From positions 32,096 to 96,095 of the forward strand of contig JAQXHN010000018.1 in NCBI GenBank assembly GCA_029007295.1: a stretch of DNA of 64,000 bases. Direction: 5' to 3'. The translations under genes were made by a program, and so were the position numbers. The DNA is from Clostridia bacterium (lineage in GTDB: Bacteria > Bacillota > Clostridia > Oscillospirales > CAG-272). Below, in pieces: positions 45,743 to 54,364 of this stretch. The notes beneath the pieces are model-generated. The model did no database searches and was not told the DNA's origin. It saw nothing but the letters and a program-made list of their open reading frames with translations. Each line of letters starts with the position of its first letter. The stretch's first letter is position 1.

Positions 45743-47218
45743 TCAGTTAAATTTGATTGCATATAGAGAAGCGTCGCTCATTTCAACCTTGAGTGTTACT
45801 GTTTTTCCTGCAAAATCGGCAACACATCCGTCGTCAAAGCCGACGATTCTGTCAATTTTGTCACCGAACACCTGGCTTGAATGAATTGCAGAGCCGTCCT
45901 GCGCTTCCAAAGTAAACTTCATATATCCCAGTGCAGAGGTTTCAAAATTAATTTCAAGCTCACTGCCTTCGAATACGAAGGGCTTTGTTACGAGATATTG
46001 CGGTTCGAGAGTTGCGCGACGGCAAGCAAACCCGTCCATGCGGAGCGAATAACGGTATAGCACCGTCTGACAGCCCTCGACGTCTTCTTTGCAGTAAAGC
46101 GACAGATACGGGTCGGAGCCTTCAATTTCACCGGGAGTTTCAACAAAGCCTACGCAAGGATAGCAGTCACCGTAAACCCAGTTACGCATATGCTCCGGAC
46201 CCGGTGTAAATATTGCCTCGTTGGAACGAGTCCAATGTTCTGCGTCGCGGCTGGACATAAATATTGCGTCGGTAATTGATTGTCCTCTGCCTCTGCTTCT
46301 TCTTTCTTCAGGCACAGGGAGCTTATCAAACGAATCGTTCCACTCCTCTCTTGCAACATATCTGGTGGGGGTTCCTACATAGATATGCGGCGCACGGTAA
46401 TAGGGCGTAATTGCGTTTGCATAGAGCTGATAATCGTATGAATCGTCGAACCTGATCATCTTAGGATGGGACCAGTGGATATAATCCTCGCTTTCGCTGA
46501 TTCTTATATCTCGAATCGCATCCGGAACATCGGGGTCCGGCGGAAACATATCGTCGCCTACATGGAAACCGCGGACAAAAGCAATATATTTTCCCTTGTT
46601 TTCGTCATAATAAATTGTATTGAGGGAGTCAAAATAACAGCCCATTTCCTTGGAATCCATAATCTTGGCTTCAAGCCACGGCTTGTCCTTGAATTCCTCT
46701 CTCGGTTTGGGATGCCAGTTAAAATTCAACCCGTCTTCGCTCGTATAGCTGTACAGTCCCGTTCCCCATTCGCCGTAAACTGCTTTATACCGCTCATTTT
46801 CCGGACAGTCGGGGTTCTTGTCCTCGAAAACAAACATATTATCGTAGTAATCGAACTCGTTGGAAATGATGTTGTTTTTCTTTGAGCCTTTACAGTTTGT
46901 GAGCTCCATATCGGGACTCGTCCAATGGATGCCGTCCTTGCTCTCAATCACGCAAATATGGTTAAGACCGCACCATGTTCCGTCCGGCTTCGGTCCGTAA
47001 TGAACTGCCTTATAAAACATACGGTATGTTCCGTCGGGCATACGCAAAACGTTGTGGTAAACGTTAATTCTGTCCTCCCAAGCTCTGTCGTGAATAAAAG
47101 CTCTCTCACGCTTTACGGGCTTGCAATACACTTTCGGAGCGGTAGTCTTTTCGGTATCTACAAGATAGTCGTCGACAAAAAGCTCTCTTCTGTTTCCAAT
47201 GTTTATCATGTTTATCAT
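45743..47218 (-). CDS. Uncharacterised protein, possibly a beta-propeller glycosidase-like enzyme
   Basis: 491 aa with no signal peptide. The N-terminal RELFVDDYLVD motif and repeated W/Y/D-rich blocks resemble uncharacterised GH-clan propeller proteins. The assignment is weak. Confidence 0.4.
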   Translation of the reverse strand: MINMINIGNRRELFVDDYLVDTEKTTAPKVYCKPVKRERAFIHDRAWEDRINVYHNVLRMPDGTYRMFYKAVHYGPKPDGTWCGLNHICVIESKDGIHWTSPDMELTNCKGSKKNNIISNEFDYYDNMFVFEDKNPDCPENERYKAVYGEWGTGLYSYTSEDGLNFNWHPKPREEFKDKPWLEAKIMDSKEMGCYFDSLNTIYYDENKGKYIAFVRGFHVGDDMFPPDPDVPDAIRDIRISESEDYIHWSHPKMIRFDDSYDYQLYANAITPYYRAPHIYVGTPTRYVAREEWNDSFDKLPVPEERRSRGRGQSITDAIFMSSRDAEHWTRSNEAIFTPGPEHMRNWVYGDCYPCVGFVETPGEIEGSDPYLSLYCKEDVEGCQTVLYRYSLRMDGFACRRATLEPQYLVTKPFVFEGSELEINFETSALGYMKFTLEAQDGSAIHSSQVFGDKIDRIVGFDDGCVADFAGKTVTLKVEMSDASLYAIKFN

Positions 47219-47288
47219 ATCCTTCTTTTGTTTTTTGCAGAAAATCGAAGCGCAGTATTAATTCTGAATTTTTACGCTTCCCTTAAGT

Positions 47289-48239
47289 TTATTTCAGTGT
47301 GCCGTTTTTGTGCATTTCGGTAATTTTGTCCGCTTCTTCAAGAGATACTGCGCCGGCTGTTGCTCCTATTCTGCGAATGCACGCATTGGAGGCGGCGCTG
47401 CCGAGATGAGCGCTGTCCGATACGCTTCTTCCCATCACTATACCGGAAATAAAGCCGCTCATAAATGAGTCGCCGGCGCCTGTTGTGTCGGCAATACTGT
47501 CGCAGCGGTAGGCGGGAAGGTACTCTCCCTCAATATAAGCGCCGTCCTTGCCGAGCTTGACGCCTGCGATTTTAACTCCTCTTTCGTGGAGAAATGCGGT
47601 AATTTTTTCAGGCTCCGTTTCGCCGGCAAGCTCCCTTGCCTCGTATCCCGAAGGAATGAATATGTCGGTATACTTAAGGGCCTTTTCCAGCTTCGGCATC
47701 CAAATGCCGTCCTTCGGCCATGTGGTGTCCATTGCCGTTATAGTGCCAAACGATTTTGCTCTCCTGAAAAGATCTGCAAGAGGCTCTCCTTCAAGCCCCT
47801 TCAAGGACATCATACTCGCAACATAAAGGACGGATGAATTTTTCAGCATATCGTCCGTAACCGTTGACCCGTCAAAGGCGTCGTTCGCCTCGCCGTAATA
47901 AGCAAAGTGACGGTTGCCGTCGGGTCTGCGGATAACAACCGATACAGCGGTCTTGTAATCTTCGGATACATAAACAGCGTCGGTATTCACGCCGTTTTTT
48001 TCCGCCTGCTCCTTTAGAAATCTGCCGGGTGCATCGTTTCCGATGCATCCTCCGAGACAAACGGACATACCGAGCTTGGACGCAACGGTTGCGGCATTTA
48101 AGGCGTCGCCTCCCGTTGCATAATCAATACTTTCCAATCTTATCTGATCCTGAGTAAAAATACTCTCGTCAACGGGGCCTATGTGTATGTCATACACCAT
48201 CAGTCCCGCACACAAAATATCAAATTTTCTTTTTCCCAT
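47289..48239 (-). CDS. PfkB-family carbohydrate kinase
   Basis: N-terminal GG motif region (YATGGDALNAA) and C-terminal DTTGAGDSFMSGF signature. Confidence 0.85.
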   Translation of the reverse strand: MGKRKFDILCAGLMVYDIHIGPVDESIFTQDQIRLESIDYATGGDALNAATVASKLGMSVCLGGCIGNDAPGRFLKEQAEKNGVNTDAVYVSEDYKTAVSVVIRRPDGNRHFAYYGEANDAFDGSTVTDDMLKNSSVLYVASMMSLKGLEGEPLADLFRRAKSFGTITAMDTTWPKDGIWMPKLEKALKYTDIFIPSGYEARELAGETEPEKITAFLHERGVKIAGVKLGKDGAYIEGEYLPAYRCDSIADTTGAGDSFMSGFISGIVMGRSVSDSAHLGSAASNACIRRIGATAGAVSLEEADKITEMHKNGTLK

Positions 48240-48242
48240 TTT

Positions 48243-49580
48243 TCAGTCCAAATTAAAGAATTTGCGGTCTATATCAAGTACATTCTTAACGGTGTACATC
48301 GCTCTGTCATAGTCGTACTGACCGTTTTCAATCTTCTCGGCAAGCACATGAGCATACTGACGCTTAATCATTATCAGCTTGGCATAGCACCATTCCATTG
48401 TATATGCATCGGAGAAAAATCCAACCTGACTGTTAGTCGGGAGCATATCGAGACGCTCGGAAATAATCTGTCTTATATAGGTCGGGAAGAAATTGTGCCA
48501 CCAGAAGCCGTCAAGCGTGAGGTTAGGAAGCTCGCGGCAAAGAGTACACCAAGCCTGGTCGGAATGAAGCGAAGCCAAGTGAATCTCAAACTTCAAATCG
48601 GAATAACGGGAGATAATCTTTGCAAGCTCAAAAATTGTTTCGGGTCTCATATATGAGCCTGTTTCAAAGGGAAGCGGTTCTGCACCGAGAGAATACTGAA
48701 TTATAATCTCCTTTCCCGTTTCCTTCTTAATCTTGGACATTCTCTTTAAGAATTCCTCGTTTATGAAGTTAGCATATACGTCCCGTTCCCACTGACCGGC
48801 GTGCTCGCGGTTTGCAAGAGCCTTAATCATATCCTCTTCGGTAACCTCGTGATAGTTGTTGTCGGTTGAAAAATGAGAAGCGTTGGAGTAAACCTGATCG
48901 AACGGAATACGGTCCACATAGTGCGTAATTGCCGCATATACGTCGTCGATAGTCTTGATCTTCTTCTTGAAATTGAGGTCTTCCTTTGTAGCGGTAACCG
49001 GAAGCGGAGGTCCCGGAATCTCCTCGTTCCATGCGTGCTCAAGCTCCAAAAGCGCCGCATCGTTAATTCCCCACTGCGAGCGGCAGAAGAACGCCCACTC
49101 GAGCGAATACATAAGCATATCGTCGGCCTGATGATTCTTTGCTCTCCAAAGCTCGGTTGAAGATTTCTGAATGCGTGCCTTTTCCGCTATCGCCTTTGCT
49201 CTTTCGTGAGTGCAGCCCTTTGACTTGATAAGCTCGTGGCAACGGCGCCAGTTTGTTTCGTCGAGCTCCTCCTCCCATCCGAATAGATCCTTGAGAATAA
49301 TTCTTACTCCCCAGTAGCAGCTGGTGCCTCTTATATACTTAACATAGGGAATAGCTCTCTCCAAGCGGTAGACTGCTTCCTCTTCCGTCGGTTCTTCGGA
49401 CAGTCTCGCTCCGTCCGGACAGCCTGCAGCGTAAAGCTCCGAAATTACCATGTGGTATAAAAGAATATCGTGAAGCCCCCTTGCGCATAGATGGTCTGCG
49501 TCAAGGTGGGTATGGATATCCACAACCGGAATTTGCAGAATGTCTTGATAAAGCTTTTCAACAAGCTCTTTGTTTGCCAT
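48243..49580 (-). CDS. Amidohydrolase-fold protein, uronate-isomerase-like
   Basis: N-terminus ...KLYQDILQIPVVDIHTHLDADHL resembles the UxaC-type A..LY...P.xDxHxHL motif. 445 aa. Its stop lies 3 nt before the kinase start. Confidence 0.5.
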   Translation of the reverse strand: MANKELVEKLYQDILQIPVVDIHTHLDADHLCARGLHDILLYHMVISELYAAGCPDGARLSEEPTEEEAVYRLERAIPYVKYIRGTSCYWGVRIILKDLFGWEEELDETNWRRCHELIKSKGCTHERAKAIAEKARIQKSSTELWRAKNHQADDMLMYSLEWAFFCRSQWGINDAALLELEHAWNEEIPGPPLPVTATKEDLNFKKKIKTIDDVYAAITHYVDRIPFDQVYSNASHFSTDNNYHEVTEEDMIKALANREHAGQWERDVYANFINEEFLKRMSKIKKETGKEIIIQYSLGAEPLPFETGSYMRPETIFELAKIISRYSDLKFEIHLASLHSDQAWCTLCRELPNLTLDGFWWHNFFPTYIRQIISERLDMLPTNSQVGFFSDAYTMEWCYAKLIMIKRQYAHVLAEKIENGQYDYDRAMYTVKNVLDIDRKFFNLD

Positions 49581-49630
49581 TGGAATTTCCTCCGTTGATA
49601 TAGGTCTTATGGAATTCTCATCCCCGAGTA

Positions 49631-49659
49631 ATTATATCAAAGCCGATAACCGTTGTCAA
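49631..49659 (-). promoter_or_regulatory. Consensus sigma-A promoter of the isomerase-kinase-propeller operon
   Basis: The minus strand reads TTGACA-acggttatcggctttga(17)-TATAAT. The 13-nt palindrome CCGTTGTCAACGG overlaps the -35. Confidence 0.7.
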
Positions 49660-49691
49660 CGGCTTGCAGTAATATTATACGGCATTCATGC

Positions 49692-50900
49692 TTACTTTTT
49701 GACATAGAAAAGTTCGAGAATAATTTCGTAAAGCGACTGCTCGTCAATGTAAAACTGCGCATATTTTACGCCTGCTTCGTTTTCTTCTGTCGAGGTAAGC
49801 GTCCCTGGTACGGAATAAAAACGGATTCCGTTAAGACCGGAAATAAAATTCGTCACAAGATAGGTTAAATCCGACGCCGATATATTGGTAATCATCAGCC
49901 CTCTTTCATCAAGACGGCTGTAAACATTCAAAGGCACGCTTAAATCATTTTTTGTCATGGCAATCATTTTTTCGGAAAAAGCGTTGATAAAATATTTTTG
50001 TTTTTCCATTCTGACAGAGTTTGCTTCAAGCACCGCATGAGTTCTCGAGCGGACGTATTCGAGAGCGTTCTTGGACGTAAGCTCAATCATATTTCCGGTT
50101 TTGGTAAGCATGTCGCTGTTGTATTCCGGCACGCTGACGCCTCCTACCGAATCGCACAGAACGGGAATGGCGTCCATATCAATAGCGACATAGGATTGAA
50201 TGGGAATATTGAACAGGGTTCTTGCAACGCATGACAAAGTAAGCAGACAGCTCCCCTTTTCCCCGTCGCCGTATGCGAACGATCGACAGATAAAGTCCTT
50301 TTCCTGTCCGATGAACGTACCGTTCCTTGAGTATTTATCCACATATGTTACGGTATCTCTTGAAATCGGCAGAACCGACGCTGTCTGTAATTCGGTATTC
50401 AGTATTACAAGATAGAGAGCGTCCGCCTGTCCGTTTGAGCCGATATATTCCGACTTATCGCTGTGGTCGTTATCAATTCCCATAACAAGAATATTTACTA
50501 TATCGTCATTGTAAACGTACTGTTGTTCATTGTACTTAACCTCGGAACCGTCATCCTTGATTATTTCAACGTTTTCCGGAGCGATAATGTTTTTTTTCGT
50601 GTTTCGGTAATGCGATTTTCCTTTAAAATATAAAAAGGCGAAGCTTCCCGCAAGCAATAACAAAACAGAAAGGAAAACACAGAGAACGGCAAGCAGTATC
50701 TTTCTTGCTTTTCTCGGCTTTCTTATTTTTTTGTTTGTTTCCGGTTTTGCTCTGCTTTCGGCAAGTGACACGTCAGCGCCTGTTGTCACTGAATCGCCGT
50801 TTGTTTTCTTATCCTCTGCTTTTGCTTGCGCCTTCGGTTTTAACAATTCTTCGCTTTTATCGTTTTCACTGCCGCTTGAGTTGTTTTCGTTTATCCTCAT
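49692..50900 (-). CDS. LytR-CpsA-Psr (LCP) family cell-wall glycopolymer ligase
   Basis: Cytoplasmic K/E-rich N-terminus, one TM helix, then the LCP domain (NILVMGIDN...QADALYLVILN...SIPRD-like ISRDT). I prefer the ATG at 50900 (GGAAAAGGAG RBS). Confidence 0.8.
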   Translation of the reverse strand: MRINENNSSGSENDKSEELLKPKAQAKAEDKKTNGDSVTTGADVSLAESRAKPETNKKIRKPRKARKILLAVLCVFLSVLLLLAGSFAFLYFKGKSHYRNTKKNIIAPENVEIIKDDGSEVKYNEQQYVYNDDIVNILVMGIDNDHSDKSEYIGSNGQADALYLVILNTELQTASVLPISRDTVTYVDKYSRNGTFIGQEKDFICRSFAYGDGEKGSCLLTLSCVARTLFNIPIQSYVAIDMDAIPVLCDSVGGVSVPEYNSDMLTKTGNMIELTSKNALEYVRSRTHAVLEANSVRMEKQKYFINAFSEKMIAMTKNDLSVPLNVYSRLDERGLMITNISASDLTYLVTNFISGLNGIRFYSVPGTLTSTEENEAGVKYAQFYIDEQSLYEIILELFYVKK

Positions 50901-50926
50901 TTCGAACACTCCTTTTCCTATAAATA

Positions 50927-50957
50927 ATAGCTCTGTCCTTTAATCAGACAGAGCTAT
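50927..50957 (-). terminator. Hairpin terminator after the SPQTG surface protein gene
   Basis: ATAGCTCTGTC...GACAGAGCTAT 11-bp stem just downstream of the stop at 50980. Confidence 0.6.
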
Positions 50958-50979
50958 CAGCCGTTATTTTTATATCGGA

Positions 50980-51642
50980 TTATTCGTTTTCAAATTTTTT
51001 GAATGCGAATGCAGCTCCGCAAAGCGAGACAAGCGCAACACATACAAAGCCCGCAACCTCGTAACCGGTCTGAGGCGATTGATTTCCTTTGCCGTCGCCG
51101 TTCCAATAAGCGGTACCGTGAACATCCGTCGTTGCCTTAATTACAACCTCCTCGCTTGTAAGAGAACCGGAAATAATGGTGTATTCACCCGTTATCGTCC
51201 ACTTAACAAACTTATATCCGCTGTTTGTCTTTGCGGAAAATCTGAAGGTTGCGTCTGCTTCGGTGTAAACGGAGGCGGTACCTCCCTTTGTCGCTTCTTC
51301 AACAGTGGCGTGGATACCGGAATCTGTATCGAAAACCGCATGGACTTCAACGCCCTTTCCCGCCTTAATTACAATGTAAGGCTCGGTAAGAGATCCTTTA
51401 ATAATGGTATATTCACCGATAATGTAAAACTTAACAAACTGATGACCTTCGTCAACATCAGCCTTAATCTTGTAAACTCCGTCTTCCTCATCATATTCGA
51501 AGGTTGCATCTCCTCCCGGGGTGTCAACAACAACAGTAATTCCCTGGGGATTTCCGGGGCTTTCAAAGCTGTCTGCAAATACGCTCATACCGAGTGTGCA
51601 AAGCATTAACACTACGATTACAAGTGATAATAATCTCTTCAT
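50980..51642 (-). CDS. Sortase-anchored surface protein with two tandem beta-rich repeats and an SPQTG sorting signal
   Basis: Signal peptide MKRLLSLVIVVLMLCTLGMSVFA. Two repeats of about 75 aa (..GHQFVKFYIIGEYTIIKGSLTEPYIVIKA.. / ..GYKFVKWTITGEYTIISGSLTSEEVVIKA..). The C-terminus is SPQTG + TM + KKFENE. Confidence 0.8.
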   Translation of the reverse strand: MKRLLSLVIVVLMLCTLGMSVFADSFESPGNPQGITVVVDTPGGDATFEYDEEDGVYKIKADVDEGHQFVKFYIIGEYTIIKGSLTEPYIVIKAGKGVEVHAVFDTDSGIHATVEEATKGGTASVYTEADATFRFSAKTNSGYKFVKWTITGEYTIISGSLTSEEVVIKATTDVHGTAYWNGDGKGNQSPQTGYEVAGFVCVALVSLCGAAFAFKKFENE

Positions 51643-51903
51643 TGATATCTCTCCTTCAAAAATGTTTCAAAAAAAATGCGTTTAGTTTCTATAGGTAAAT
51701 GTATTATACCGCCCCTTATTTAATTTGTCAATACATTTCATAAAAATTAAAATTAGTTCACAAATTATTAATAAACCCGTTTGCGCTTTTTATCGGGTCT
51801 TCCAAAGGGAAGCTTGCCCGTCACCTCTCCTTTTTTCGTAAGGGAATTGCCCGTGTATTATTCTCGTTATTCTATTGCCCGGGCCGACGGTTCTCTTACA
51901 AAA

Positions 51904-52521
51904 TCAGCTTCTCTGCGAAAAGCCGGCGCTTTCTGCGTCAAGCAGTATCGCTCTGACCGGCGCACCGTCGCCTCCTGTCAGATTAAGCGGAGCGGCGCAG
52001 AGGAAATAGACTCCGTCTGCAATCCCGCCGAGCCGCACGCCCTCCAGCAGCACAATATTTGCCGAGAGCAACTCGAGATGAACCGCCTTCGGTGATTCCT
52101 GCGGTCCTACTGTCTGCGATTCGTTGCCGATTAAATCAATGCCGGCGGCGGAAAACACCCTTGCCGCCTCCGGCGTCACGGTAGCCTTTCCTTTAATCAA
52201 TATACGCTTTTCAGCGCCGGGATACGCCTTTTTTGCCCTTTCAAGCATTTCTCTTGCCGCCTTTGCCGTAACATTTCCGCATGCCGTTTCAACATAACAC
52301 GGTCCGACAAATTTTTCCGGATTTATTTTATCTACCCCGTTTCCGTCATTTATAAAATGATACGGCGCATCAATGTGAGTTCCGTTGTGCGCACACATCG
52401 AAAAGTACGACAGATTACATACATCGCCGTTTTTTATCGACGAAATAATTCTTTTTTCCGGCTTCGGGTCACCCGGATAGGCCTCACATTCGTACAGAGG
52501 CTGAGTAATATCGTAAATCAT
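51904..52521 (-). CDS. Cyclase family protein (kynurenine formamidase-like)
   Basis: MIYDITQPL...NGTHIDAPYHF motif. I prefer the ATG at 52521 (GGAG RBS). Confidence 0.8.
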   Translation of the reverse strand: MIYDITQPLYECEAYPGDPKPEKRIISSIKNGDVCNLSYFSMCAHNGTHIDAPYHFINDGNGVDKINPEKFVGPCYVETACGNVTAKAAREMLERAKKAYPGAEKRILIKGKATVTPEAARVFSAAGIDLIGNESQTVGPQESPKAVHLELLSANIVLLEGVRLGGIADGVYFLCAAPLNLTGGDGAPVRAILLDAESAGFSQRS

Positions 52522-52623
52522 GTTTTCTCCGTTTACGGTTAAAATAAGCGTTATAAACAAGCGCTCCGGCGCAGCTTAAAATGCAAGGAGTCAAATTCTC
52601 GAGCCGGAAATCCGCAGCAAAAA

Positions 52624-53355
52624 TCACATTTTTGCAATTCGCTTTTTTATTCCCGAAATATCACGAAGCATTCGAAACGTATCTCTGACAAGATGCACCT
52701 TTGACGTGCTTTCGGAATGGTTGATGATCTTCACCGCCTGCTCCGTAATTTTGTATCCGAAATGCTCCGATATCATCAGCGCCTCCAAATCAAACGCAAA
52801 TCCGTTTATCCTGCAAAGAGAAAATACTCTTCTCGCCTTTTCTCCGACAAAGCATTTTATACCGCACTGAGAATCGGAGTGGCAAAAGCCCGCCGCCGCA
52901 CAAATCAGCTTAATGTATGTTTTTGACGCAATTTTTCTAAGGAGCGTATAGCCCTCGTAACCGTCCTCGGATATGTTTCTTGAGCCGATTACGGCGTCAG
53001 CGCCGCTTTGCATAAGCTTCTTTGCCATAACCCCGATAATTTCGGTGCCGTACGCAAGGTCGCAGTCCGTGTAAAAGACTATGTCGCCCGAGGACGCAAG
53101 AATCCCCTCTCTCACGGCGCTTCCCTTGCCCCTGTTATCATCATAGGAAACAAGGCGTAGATTTTGACAGCGGGGCAAAAGACTCTCGATTATCTCCTTT
53201 GTCCTGTCGGTGCTTCCGTCGTTTGAAACGATAACCTCAAAGTCCGAGCCGAACATTTTTCCCATTTCCGACAGGAGTAAGGCTATCCTTTCGGCGCAGG
53301 AGGCTTCTTCGTTGTACATAGGAATTATTACGGATACTGTTTTTTTGTCACTCAT
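52624..53355 (-). CDS. Glycosyltransferase family 2 (polyprenol-phosphate glycosyltransferase-like)
   Basis: VSVIIPMYNEE...NDGSTD...DCD motifs. Overlaps the sortase stop by 8 nt. Confidence 0.85.
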   Translation of the reverse strand: MSDKKTVSVIIPMYNEEASCAERIALLLSEMGKMFGSDFEVIVSNDGSTDRTKEIIESLLPRCQNLRLVSYDDNRGKGSAVREGILASSGDIVFYTDCDLAYGTEIIGVMAKKLMQSGADAVIGSRNISEDGYEGYTLLRKIASKTYIKLICAAAGFCHSDSQCGIKCFVGEKARRVFSLCRINGFAFDLEALMISEHFGYKITEQAVKIINHSESTSKVHLVRDTFRMLRDISGIKKRIAKM

Positions 53356-54292
53356 TGTACGCCTCCGTCAATAAAGCATGCACCGTGTACCTGTCGGTTT
53401 GACGGGCGTTTGTGCAGGTTGACAGCGTTACTATTCTTGAATTTTCGTCAAACGCTATACCGTCTCGGAAGTACATCGAATTTGCCTGCATTTCCTTTGC
53501 AAACTCTACAAATTCCGAATGATCTGCAAAATAAGTCTGTATATACTTATACCGATAGTCGGTCTTATAAACCGAGAACACCCGGTATGTGTAAACGCCC
53601 TGCATGGTGTAAATATAGATGTACTCGTTTTCCCGAAAGAAGCTCTCGTCAAGATAATCAATGAGCTCGGAAAACATCATGCCGTTTTGCATGTTGTGAC
53701 CGTAAATTACGGTATTGTGGTTGCCGTTGAAGTCACGGTCGCAATTGTAATCCACGAAAATCGAACCGGCGGCAAGGTATCCGCCCTTGTATTCGTGGTT
53801 GAGATAGTAGGAGTTGTCCGTCGACTGAAGAAGCGGATAATTAATATGCTTCGTGCCCGGTATGATGATCCATCCGCACACATCCGGATTAATTTTCTGC
53901 AGCTCCTCGAGCCTTTTTTTCATTCGCAGAAAAATCCGATTGTAGGAGGAGGAATCCCCTTGATATCCCGAGCCGAATTTCGGTGTCGGCGAATCGCCGT
54001 TATCGGCGGCAAGAAGCTTCTCGTTATCCTCAAAATCGGAAATCAGTCCGTTATAGAAATCCTCCGATTTTTTATACTGTATCAGCTTTGAAGCAATGGA
54101 ATAAGCGCTCCAAATAAATATGCAGCTGAAAATGACAAGAAGTATCCTGCTTATTATATTTCTGCGCTTTTTCATTGCGATCTCCCTTTTATCGGGAGGC
54201 AGCTTTTCCTCGATATCGTCCTTTGTTATATGCTTGAGCGAATAACCGAACGATTCGGGAATATTTGATTTTTCATTCGTATTCTTTTTCAT
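53348..54292 (-). CDS. srtB: Class B sortase with an extended N-terminal cytoplasmic/TM region
   Basis: TM anchor, then INPDVCGWIIIPGT.INYPLLQ, VIYGHNM (catalytic His), TLSTCTN (catalytic Cys), and a distal R. Confidence 0.85.
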   Translation of the reverse strand: MKKNTNEKSNIPESFGYSLKHITKDDIEEKLPPDKREIAMKKRRNIISRILLVIFSCIFIWSAYSIASKLIQYKKSEDFYNGLISDFEDNEKLLAADNGDSPTPKFGSGYQGDSSSYNRIFLRMKKRLEELQKINPDVCGWIIIPGTKHINYPLLQSTDNSYYLNHEYKGGYLAAGSIFVDYNCDRDFNGNHNTVIYGHNMQNGMMFSELIDYLDESFFRENEYIYIYTMQGVYTYRVFSVYKTDYRYKYIQTYFADHSEFVEFAKEMQANSMYFRDGIAFDENSRIVTLSTCTNARQTDRYTVHALLTEAYNE

Positions 54293-54364
54293 CGGGTTAT
54301 TCCTTTATAACATCGGGTATAGCAAACACCCTCCCTCACAGGGGCAAACGTACAATACCGAAGC

